Shown: in pieces, positions 9,037-19,736 of the stretch
Layout of the letters: each line of letters begins with the position of its first letter
Numbering within the stretch: the first letter of the stretch is position 1
Origin: an uncultured Bacteroidota bacterium
Lineage (GTDB): Bacteria > Bacteroidota > Ignavibacteria > UBA10030 > UBA6906
Direction of reading: 5' to 3'
Length of the DNA: 64,000 bases
Assembly (NCBI GenBank): GCA_963700635.1
Contig: CAVOYH010000004.1
Coordinates: forward strand, 416,001-480,000
Program-made: the position numbers and the translations under genes
The notes under the pieces: generated by a model
The model's database searches: none
Seen by the model: the letters and a program-made list of their open reading frames with translations, nothing else
Told to the model about the DNA's origin: nothing

Positions 9037-10226
9037 ACAACCTCCCGTGGGGCACTGGCAGAAGGGACATGCGTGCTCACACGATCTGATGCGGCTTGCA
9101 GTATGTTCACCGGACTGCAGAGGGAGAGGCGAAGGTAGCGCGCCCCCCTCGGTCCGAAGATGCTGCCCGGTGTAATAAAGAGTTGCATGGTCTGCAGGAT
9201 CCAGTCGCTGAAAAGCCTCGCTTCCGGTGCGTCGTCAGGAATGCGTCCCCACGCGAACATGCCCGCCTGACCGGATTCCACGGTACAGCGGAGTTTTTCG
9301 AGAAGCGACGTCCCGATGGCGCGCCGACGGTCATACTCGGTCTGCACTTGACGATACCATTCCGGACCGGCCTGCAATGCGGCGATCGCAGCCTCCTGGA
9401 CCGGAAGAAAGATGCCTGATTCGACATTACTTGCCACCCGTAGAACGGTTTCGATGTAGTCTTTACGGCCGGTAAGCCAGCCCAGGCGCCATCCCGCCAT
9501 ATTGTGTGACTTGCTCATGGATCCAAATTCGACCGCAACGTCTTTGGCCCCGTCGCACGAAAGAATGCTCATCGGTTCTGCCGTGGAACTCAGCATGGAA
9601 TACGGATTATCGTGGCAGATGAGGATACGGTGTCGCCGGCCGAAATCCACAAGGCGTTGAAGAGTGGACCGTTGCGCCGGCGCACCGGTTGGCATGTGGG
9701 GATAATTGGCCCAGAGCATTGTCACACCCGAACGGTCCAAACGCTCGAGCTCCGCCCAGTCAGGTGCCCAACCCTCTTCCGGATTGAGCGGGTACACGGC
9801 GATCTCACCTCCGGCAAGGCGTGTGACGGATGTGTACGTCGGGTACGACAGGTCGCTCACGAGCGCCCGATTTCCTGGATTAAGAAAGGCGAGGGCAAGA
9901 TAGATCATCCCCTGCTTGGAGCCCGGCAACGGAAGGATCTCAGTTGCAGGATCAACCGAGAGTCCGTGCGTGGAGTCGAGGTAGACTGAAATGGCTTCGC
10001 GCAGGGCGGGCAGGCCCTTGTACGCCTGATAGCCATGGTGATCTACTTTGCGGGCAGAAGAAGCGAGCTGTTCGATCGTTGATGGAGAGGGGGGCAGATC
10101 CGGATTGCCGATCCCCAGGTTAATGACCGGGATTCCACGTGAGACCATCGCCCGAATTTCCTGGAGCTTGGAGGAAAAATAATATTCTTCGACGCTCCGC
10201 AGGCGTTCAGAAGGCGGAATGATCAT
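9033..10226 (-). CDS. PLP-dependent class I/II aminotransferase (likely aromatic/prephenate aminotransferase)
   Basis: NLGIGNPD, NYPHMPTG, HDNPY, SMSKSHNMAGWRLG; located between pheA and tyrA with overlapping codons. Confidence 0.9.
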   Translation of the reverse strand: MIIPPSERLRSVEEYYFSSKLQEIRAMVSRGIPVINLGIGNPDLPPSPSTIEQLASSARKVDHHGYQAYKGLPALREAISVYLDSTHGLSVDPATEILPLPGSKQGMIYLALAFLNPGNRALVSDLSYPTYTSVTRLAGGEIAVYPLNPEEGWAPDWAELERLDRSGVTMLWANYPHMPTGAPAQRSTLQRLVDFGRRHRILICHDNPYSMLSSTAEPMSILSCDGAKDVAVEFGSMSKSHNMAGWRLGWLTGRKDYIETVLRVASNVESGIFLPVQEAAIAALQAGPEWYRQVQTEYDRRRAIGTSLLEKLRCTVESGQAGMFAWGRIPDDAPEARLFSDWILQTMQLFITPGSIFGPRGARYLRLSLCSPVNILQAASDRVSTHVPSASAPREVV

Positions 10227-11068
10227 AGAACTTTTTTCCCTCGCGGATAGGTGCCGAGAATATGCAATTCATGAACGTAAGGGGTGATTGACGCAAGTGC
10301 GTCCTTCAGGTGCTGAAGGTCATCAAATTCAAGGTCTATGTGCATAAAATATTCCCACTCGCGCCCGAGCACAGGCAGTGACTGAATTTTCGTGAGGTTA
10401 CACCCGTAGTCGGCCAGAATTGTTAGCACGCGGGCCAGACTTCCCCTGGTGTGCGAAACATGGAACGCCACGGAGGCTTTGTCCGGGGGCAGGATGTGCC
10501 CGTTGAGCTGGTCTCTATCGGTGAGAACGAGAAAACGTGTAAAATTTCTTTTGTGGGTTTCGATGCCGGGTGCGAGTATTTGAAGTCCGTACAGAGCCGC
10601 GGCGCGTTTTCCTCCAATCGCGCCTACCCCCTTTTTGTGGTGATCCTTGATCCAGGCCGCACTTCCAGCCGTGTCTGAAGTCTCAACCAGTCGCACATGA
10701 GGATGTTTTTCGAAAAACGTGTGACACTGCTGGATGGCCATCGGATGGGAGTGTACTTCGCGGATATCCTCAAGTTTCTGCCCGGGTAGCGCCATAAGAT
10801 TTTGCCGGATGGCCAGATACACTTCACCAATGATGGCTAGCGTGGAGGTTCGCAGGAGGGCGTAGTTCGGAAGAATTGTCCCTGCGACCGTGTTTTCGAT
10901 TGCCATGACAGCATACCGGGCTTTTCGCTTTTTCATGACCTGGAAAAGGTCGCGAAATGTCTCACAGGGGACAATGGTGAACGGGTCAGGGAAATGCTGT
11001 GCCGACGCCTCGTCGTGAAACGAGCCAGCGACTCCCTGTATCGCAATCGTAAGTTGGTCTGGGTCCAT
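10223..11068 (-). CDS. pheA: Prephenate dehydratase with ACT domain
   Basis: QGVAGSFH, AIENTVAG, SHPMAIQQC, DTAGSA, NFTRF, NLTKIQSLP. Confidence 0.95.
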   Translation of the reverse strand: MDPDQLTIAIQGVAGSFHDEASAQHFPDPFTIVPCETFRDLFQVMKKRKARYAVMAIENTVAGTILPNYALLRTSTLAIIGEVYLAIRQNLMALPGQKLEDIREVHSHPMAIQQCHTFFEKHPHVRLVETSDTAGSAAWIKDHHKKGVGAIGGKRAAALYGLQILAPGIETHKRNFTRFLVLTDRDQLNGHILPPDKASVAFHVSHTRGSLARVLTILADYGCNLTKIQSLPVLGREWEYFMHIDLEFDDLQHLKDALASITPYVHELHILGTYPRGKKVL

Positions 11069-11069
11069 A

Positions 11070-11099
11070 TAACGAAAAATCCCGACTTTTGTCGGGATT
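11070..11099 (-). terminator. Intrinsic terminator (attenuator) immediately upstream of pheA
   Basis: Minus-strand RNA reads AAUCCCGAC-AAAA-GUCGGGAUU-UUUCGUU (9-bp stem, 11078-11099) and ends just before pheA ATG 11068. Confidence 0.85.
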
Positions 11100-11127
11100 G
11101 GTTATTGACTATGCAGTGAGGGGTGCA

Positions 11128-11199
11128 TCAGTCCCGACAGGATTCGCTCGCGGGATAAAAGTAATAAAAAGAAAAGCCGTGATAGACGTTCGTTAGCAT
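11128..11199 (-). CDS. Phe/Tyr-rich leader peptide of the aromatic amino acid operon (23 aa, not in the ORF track)
   Basis: Hand translation MLTNVYHGFSFYYFYPASESCRD*; 7 Phe/Tyr codons within 10 codons; its 3' end is complementary to the terminator 5' arm. Confidence 0.85.
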   Translation of the reverse strand: MLTNVYHGFSFYYFYPASESCRD

Positions 11200-11339
11200 A
11201 CATCCAAGGAAAAGGTTTTCGCCATCAATAGCAAGCGGAAAAAAATGTCCTGGAATCCCGCACCGGCGATGTCAGGGTTTGTAAAGGCTTGCCCTCATGC
11301 GCGCGCAGTGGTCGTGCTTGCCTCTCACCGGTTTGCTGC

Positions 11340-12242
11340 CTAAAGAATCCTGTGCTGGGTGAGGAACTCCCTGATCTCGATGTAAATGCGGAGCATCTCG
11401 TCACGTGAGAATCCTCCATGATTGCCATCGGGGATGGTCACGAGACGGTTCGGGACTCCGGCCTTGTCCAGAGCCGCATGGAGCCGGGTTGCATGTGCAT
11501 ACGGCACAAGCTGGTCTCTGGTCCCATGGATCGAGAGTATGGGTGGAAGACCAGCGCGAACATAGGAAAGGGGAGACACGCGCCGTGCAATTTCCTTCCG
11601 GTCGCTCCGGCTTCCGATCCAGGAAACAGCGTAGTTCTGCCGGTTCGGCCCGGAAAGCAGATCTGCCACATCCGTAATGCCAAACCAATTGATGATGGCG
11701 GCGACAGTCAGTCTCGGACTGGTTTGATCCCAGTCCGTTGATGCGTCAAAGCCCGCTGTTGAATCCAGCATTCCGGTGGTCAGCGCAAGATGGCCGCCGG
11801 CAGAGCCTCCTGTGACGACGATGCGTGACGTGTCAAAGTTGTACGTCTTCGCATTCTTCATGACCCACTTAAGAGCGAGGCGGCAATCTTCGACGGCGGC
11901 GGGCGCTAGCGCAACGCGGGCCAGACGGTACTCCACATTCACAATCGAAAACCCCATCCCGAAATATGGGAGAAGTCCGACCAGACTACCTTCCTTCGTT
12001 CCTGCCACCCAGCCTCCGCCATGGATGTTCACGATTGTCGGCACGGGACCGGTATCGCTTCGCCGGGCGTACACATCAAGCTTACAGTCATATCCGTCGG
12101 CGACAGAGTATGTGATATTGGGGACAGTCCAATACCCTCTCTGCATATCAATGGCCCAGGGGATGGGTTCGGGAAGTTGCGGCTGGCCCGATGTGGGGAC
12201 GGCAATCAAGAGAGCAAGGGAAACAAGAATGAATGAGCGCAT
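11340..12242 (-). CDS. Exported alpha/beta hydrolase (HSL-like carbohydrate esterase/BD-FAE type)
   Basis: Signal peptide; HGGGW, GGSAGGHL, HGTRDQLV, HGG. Upstream TTGATT-17-TATATT promoter-like sequence. Confidence 0.88.
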   Translation of the reverse strand: MRSFILVSLALLIAVPTSGQPQLPEPIPWAIDMQRGYWTVPNITYSVADGYDCKLDVYARRSDTGPVPTIVNIHGGGWVAGTKEGSLVGLLPYFGMGFSIVNVEYRLARVALAPAAVEDCRLALKWVMKNAKTYNFDTSRIVVTGGSAGGHLALTTGMLDSTAGFDASTDWDQTSPRLTVAAIINWFGITDVADLLSGPNRQNYAVSWIGSRSDRKEIARRVSPLSYVRAGLPPILSIHGTRDQLVPYAHATRLHAALDKAGVPNRLVTIPDGNHGGFSRDEMLRIYIEIREFLTQHRIL

Positions 12243-12338
12243 CGTGACCTCGATTAGCGTGGTGACATCAGGTGAAACTTCTGTCTCAATATAGTCGGGT
12301 CATGGTCGAGAATCAACCACGGTTCCCGGTACGTCCGG

Positions 12339-13172
12339 TCAGGAAGAACGGGTTTGCGGGGCATACAGGACGGCCGCTTTCTCGGCGGAAGAAACAATGC
12401 CTCTGATGAGTGCAGAACTGAATCCATGGTGTTCCATCTGATTCAGGCCCGCTATCGTACAACCCTGCGGCGTTGTGACCTTATCGAGCTCTCCTTCAGG
12501 GTGGACGCCTGCTTGCACCAGCAAACTTGCCGCACCCCGCGCAGTCTGGGCAGCCATCAGGAGCGCCTCATCAGCGTGAAAACCTATTTCAATTCCTCCC
12601 TGGGACGCAGCCCGGACCGCCCGCAAAAAGAACGCGATCCCGCAGGCACAGAGTGCGGTGGCCGGAACCATGAGGGTTTCATCTATCACCAGAGTCTTGC
12701 CGAGTGCGTCAAAAAGCGACTTTACCGCGGGCATTACTGCGTCGGCGTGATGGTCTGCGGCGAGACAGGTCATTGACTCCCGGATCGAAATGGCGGTATT
12801 GGGCATGGCCCTGACAATGGGAATGTCCATTCCCAGCTGTGTGCGGATCTGCAGAATCGATGCGCCGGACACGACGGAGATGAGTGTGTGACGCCGCGGA
12901 TCAAGAACCGGGCGTATTTCCGCAAGAAGCGCGTTCAGCTGCTGCGGTGTGACGGCGAGGACGACCATGGTGGATGAAGAGACGGCCTGCACATTGTCAC
13001 TGGTCGTGATAAATCCTTCTGATTGAAAATGATCGAGAAGGGGAAGACGGCGTCGTGTAAGGACGATGCGGTCGGGCGTGAGAACTCTGGCTGAGACCAG
13101 TCCCCGGGCTATCGCTGCTCCAATGTTCCCGGTGCCAAGTATTGATATACGATTTTCCGTCCTGTCCATCAT
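12339..13172 (-). CDS. proC: Pyrroline-5-carboxylate reductase
   Basis: ILGTGNIG, RAMPNT, TALCACG, VTTPQGCTIAG; start ATG at 13172 or 13169. Confidence 0.93.
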   Translation of the reverse strand: MMDRTENRISILGTGNIGAAIARGLVSARVLTPDRIVLTRRRLPLLDHFQSEGFITTSDNVQAVSSSTMVVLAVTPQQLNALLAEIRPVLDPRRHTLISVVSGASILQIRTQLGMDIPIVRAMPNTAISIRESMTCLAADHHADAVMPAVKSLFDALGKTLVIDETLMVPATALCACGIAFFLRAVRAASQGGIEIGFHADEALLMAAQTARGAASLLVQAGVHPEGELDKVTTPQGCTIAGLNQMEHHGFSSALIRGIVSSAEKAAVLYAPQTRSS

Positions 13173-13246
13173 CTGCGTCCTTAAGAGATGTCTGAGAAAG
13201 ATACATTGATTGAGATCGCTGACCTGGCTGAGAACTCTCCTCATAC

Positions 13247-13280
13247 ACAGACCGACTTCAGGAGGCTGAAGTCGGTCTGT
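13247..13280. repeat. Perfect 15-bp inverted repeat (hairpin) upstream of proC
   Basis: ACAGACCGACTTCAG-GAGG-CTGAAGTCGGTCTGT; no clear U-tract on the proC strand. Confidence 0.8.
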
Positions 13281-13422
13281 TGTTGACAACCACACAGCAT
13301 CAGGCCCACCTCACCCGTCACCTGACGGGGTGTTCGGGTTGGCGGGTGGCACAACACTGCTTGTCTTCGTACCGGGGAGGCGCACATTCATGCGATAAAC
13401 ATAACGTATTCCATCCACGATG

Positions 13423-13863
13423 TCAATTGTTGTCAGCTCCTTTACCCGTTCCATGCTGATGGAGCCGCCGGGGGTTATCGACCAGCGTGCCGGCTTTTAG
13501 TTTTTCCAGCGCCGCGTCGATCGTCAGCTCATCCGTAAGTATGGGAACGATCCCCGCTGCGATAAGGTGCTGATGGGCGCCCATGCCCATCCCGCGTGCA
13601 ACGAGCACGGCGCAGTCGGATATGGGGGCGGTCATGGTTTCGTGCTTACGTTCATGACCATGCCCGTGATGTTCCTGCCCGTGATGTTCCTGTCCGTGAT
13701 GTTCCTGTCCGCCAAACGTGTGATGGCCTGCTTTCGGAATACGCACCCGTTGAAGTTCCTGCTGATCCTGCACGGTGACCACTTCATAAAACTTCGCCCG
13801 TCCGAAGTGGGCGGAGATGGCGTTACCGTCGTCCGTTACAAAAGCAATTTTGTTCTGTTGCAT
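13423..13863 (-). CDS. NifB/NifX family FeMo-cofactor-binding-like protein with His-rich insertion
   Basis: KIAFVTDDG...ISAHFGRA...VLVARGMGMGA...; (GQEHH)x3 insertion. Confidence 0.85.
   Translation of the reverse strand: MQQNKIAFVTDDGNAISAHFGRAKFYEVVTVQDQQELQRVRIPKAGHHTFGGQEHHGQEHHGQEHHGHGHERKHETMTAPISDCAVLVARGMGMGAHQHLIAAGIVPILTDELTIDAALEKLKAGTLVDNPRRLHQHGTGKGADNN
13666..13710. repeat. 15-nt tandem repeat x3 encoding GQEHH
   Basis: GTGATGTTCCTGCCC-GTGATGTTCCTGTCC-GTGATGTTCCTGTCC. Confidence 0.9.
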
Positions 13864-13928
13864 GATATTGGCCTTCTCTTCTGAATATCCCTCGTTGTGA
13901 AGGTGTTCCGTGGATTAGATGCCGCCGG

Positions 13929-14771
13929 CTACCACCCGGTGGCGTAAACGATCATTCCCGTAGTCAATCCAAAAATGAGGTTGAAGATCTTGATTTTTAC
14001 TGAGTCGCTGACTGAATGTGCAAGCATCGGGAGCATGCTATGGCCATCCTGCACAATCGAGCTGGTAAGCAACACGGAAAATGGAACGAGTCCATTTGCG
14101 AACATGGTTACGATGAGTAGGTGTGGACCGGATTGCGGAATGAGTCCGATGAGCGAGCTGAAAAGGAGAATGACAAATGGGTACCGTGAAGCCAATCCCT
14201 GCAGGTCGGCGTATTGCAGGCCGATTTCGACGATGAGCAATGCGGTGAATGTCCAGAGGGCGACTTTCCACAGGTGTCGCCGGAGAATGTGGTGCCAGAT
14301 GTGTTCCACGAAATAGTGGCGAAACCCCGACTCAGCGGGATGAAGAATCGGTACGGCACAATCACTGCTCGTACGGATTCGCAGACGCCTGACAAAAACA
14401 TCGGTGATCCATCCGAATCCCATGCCGCAGACTGCGAGCAGGAAGAAAAGGGGGATGGCTGTTTCCGGGATCAGCGCGAGCATGACAAAGGCTTCATCGC
14501 CGGAAGCCGCAACCATTGCGCCGGTCAGGGCGCCGAAACTGATCATGCCGTGGATATAGAGCGAGACGGATGTGAAACCCCCGATACAACCCGGGATTGC
14601 TCCGACCGCCGGGGCGACGACATACTGTCTCCATTGACGCGCCCCGCGGAGGATACCCGCTATGCGTCCATGCGTCCACACATTCAACAGATCCACCAGG
14701 AGCATCATCACGAACACCAGGAGGGTGACCTGGGTGGTCTCGCGAAGGACAGGAACAAGCAAGTCAGGCAT
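13929..14771 (-). CDS. Putative metal permease (putative manganese transporter/ArsP-like family)
   Basis: Multi-TM protein with GAIPGCIGG, SGDEAFV, GLIPQSGPH and SSIVQDGH motifs. Confidence 0.75.
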   Translation of the reverse strand: MPDLLVPVLRETTQVTLLVFVMMLLVDLLNVWTHGRIAGILRGARQWRQYVVAPAVGAIPGCIGGFTSVSLYIHGMISFGALTGAMVAASGDEAFVMLALIPETAIPLFFLLAVCGMGFGWITDVFVRRLRIRTSSDCAVPILHPAESGFRHYFVEHIWHHILRRHLWKVALWTFTALLIVEIGLQYADLQGLASRYPFVILLFSSLIGLIPQSGPHLLIVTMFANGLVPFSVLLTSSIVQDGHSMLPMLAHSVSDSVKIKIFNLIFGLTTGMIVYATGW

Positions 14772-14783
14772 AGGGATTCCTCA

Positions 14784-15170
14784 TTATTGCCCGCACCGGG
14801 GGCAACGGAACGAATCGGTGACGGCCGTTGGTACATCCCAGGGCTGGCGGCACCGTTTGCAGCGGACGCGTGCGTGATGGGTGTACACGATTTCTCCTCC
14901 GCCGATTTGCAGTCCCTTGCCGTGTATCAGGGCGTCGGCGACGGTGTTCCGGGCGCGACCCAGAATCCGCCCGAACGTCGGACGTGAGATATTCATCTTT
15001 GCCGCACCCTCCTCGTGTGAATCACCTTCACCATCGGCCAGGCGTAACGCCTCAAATTCATCGACGGTCAGGAAGTTGAATGTCAGGTGTGAGAGTGGGA
15101 CACCACGCGGTTTAAAAATGGTCACACGGGGAGCAGAGGCTACGTAACGTTGTCTGACGGGTCGGGACAT
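14784..15170 (-). CDS. DUF134 family predicted DNA-binding protein with C-terminal Zn ribbon
   Basis: MSRP...FKPRG...LTVDEFEALRLAD...MNISRPTFGRIL...ADALIHGK; C-terminal CKRC...CPRC. Confidence 0.9.
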   Translation of the reverse strand: MSRPVRQRYVASAPRVTIFKPRGVPLSHLTFNFLTVDEFEALRLADGEGDSHEEGAAKMNISRPTFGRILGRARNTVADALIHGKGLQIGGGEIVYTHHARVRCKRCRQPWDVPTAVTDSFRCPRCGQ

Positions 15171-15172
15171 GA

Positions 15173-15198
15173 TAGTAATGAGCATATGCTCATTACTA
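15173..15198. promoter_or_regulatory. Perfect 26-bp palindrome, candidate DUF134 operator
   Basis: TAGTAATGAGCATATGCTCATTACTA lies between the -10 box and the DUF134 start codon. Confidence 0.75.
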
Positions 15199-15226
15199 GT
15201 ATACAACAATCCTCTCCCGTTGTCAA
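15198..15226 (-). promoter_or_regulatory. Near-consensus sigma70 promoter of the DUF134 operon
   Basis: TTGACA (15226-15221)-17 nt-TATACT (15203-15198). Confidence 0.8.
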
Positions 15227-15250
15227 GTCCGGGGGATAGCGGGCGGGGCT

Positions 15251-16480
15251 TTAGGGGGTGAATTTGCTCAGGATGTCTCTGACTGCGTCCTTGTGCACGG
15301 CGCACCCGAGCATTTTCAGTTTTACGTAATCTTCATGGAAAAAATAATAACCGGGATGGTCGTTGTTGTAAGCGCTGCTCCAGGAATCCTTGACCAGGAA
15401 CCAGTCCGCGCCGCCCCATTCCGTATACCCCACAAGGTGGAGGCCGTGATCATCGGCCGTTGTGCCGTTGCTGAACCGGAATTGCCTCGCCGCGTCATCG
15501 ATCGCAGCGGCGGGGATGTCGAATGAAGGAATCACCGCGATGCCCGCCTTGCCCCGCGAGTATCCCCCCTCAGAAAAATCCCCTCCGATCGCGAGCGAGT
15601 ACCCGTTGCGGATGGATCGTTTGATAATGGTCATAAACTCGTCCAGCGGGACATTGTGGTAGTCCTTGCTGTGCCACCAGTTATCCGGGACTTCAAACTC
15701 GATGGTGCGATAGTACGGGTGTTCCAGAAGTGACAGGAAGTCCACGTAATCGTCAGGGTCCAACCGGATTACTGTCTTCAGGTATTCTTTCGGAGTCAAA
15801 CGCTTTCCATCAACCACAACGGTTGCCGGTGGTGTGCCGATGTAATGATCCAGAATCGCCCGCACGGTGGAAAGCACTTCCTCCTCGTTCCACGCTGCCG
15901 CTTCTTTTACGCCGTTAAGAAACCTCTTGAATTCCGGAAACAGCGTGTATTCGTGATCGTGATATGGGTCGCCGTGCCTGAGTCCGGTGTATGCCTCCGC
16001 CGGGAGTGCCCCGTACTGCTTCCAGATCCTGAACACGGCGTTGGCTTCCGAACCTTCCCCGAGATACGTTTCTCCACGTGTCCTGACAAACGCCCGTGCT
16101 TTCTCGACATATTCCCAGTACACCGTGTGAAGCTCTGAAAGCTTGATCGAACGGCCGGTTGTTCGGAGTATCTCTGATTCGAGAAGAGATGTCGTTGAAT
16201 AACACCAGCACATCCCGGAACGCCCCTGCATCAAGGGCGGAAGATGTTTTACCGAAGTAAAATCCCCGATCCCCTTTGGCTGGGGGATCGCGGCAAAGTC
16301 CACCATCATGGTCTTTTTCTTTGCATCTTTCCCGGACTTTCTGGCTTCCAGTCGGGCCGAGATGGAATCCAGCATGATGTCGGTGCGTACTTCAAAGACC
16401 GGACGGTACGCGTTTTCCTGGGCGTGAGCCAGAATGCCGAACGTCAGGAGAAGCGAAGTGCAGAAGAAGCGTCGATACAT
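15251..16480 (-). CDS. Exported C1 family cysteine aminopeptidase (PepC/bleomycin hydrolase-like)
   Basis: Signal peptide; QGRSGMCW (catalytic Cys), DDHGLHLVG (His), KDSW; EVPDNWW. Confidence 0.88.
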   Translation of the reverse strand: MYRRFFCTSLLLTFGILAHAQENAYRPVFEVRTDIMLDSISARLEARKSGKDAKKKTMMVDFAAIPQPKGIGDFTSVKHLPPLMQGRSGMCWCYSTTSLLESEILRTTGRSIKLSELHTVYWEYVEKARAFVRTRGETYLGEGSEANAVFRIWKQYGALPAEAYTGLRHGDPYHDHEYTLFPEFKRFLNGVKEAAAWNEEEVLSTVRAILDHYIGTPPATVVVDGKRLTPKEYLKTVIRLDPDDYVDFLSLLEHPYYRTIEFEVPDNWWHSKDYHNVPLDEFMTIIKRSIRNGYSLAIGGDFSEGGYSRGKAGIAVIPSFDIPAAAIDDAARQFRFSNGTTADDHGLHLVGYTEWGGADWFLVKDSWSSAYNNDHPGYYFFHEDYVKLKMLGCAVHKDAVRDILSKFTP

Positions 16481-16538
16481 AATGCTGTCCTTTGACATGT
16501 GAGTCAACCAAGGGGATACCAGACACCGGGCACACTAT

Positions 16539-19713
<3,175 letters not shown>

Positions 19714-19736
19714 TCAAGGTCTTCAGAAGATCACGC

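Noticed and set aside
13423-13863. Evidence of nitrogen fixation
   Set aside because: NifB/NifX-family domains are widespread in non-diazotrophs, and there is no nifHDK in the window.
14214-14987. 257-aa His/Asp/Arg-rich plus-strand ORF
   Set aside because: Antisense to the hydrophobic permease; its composition is the mirror of TM-segment codons.
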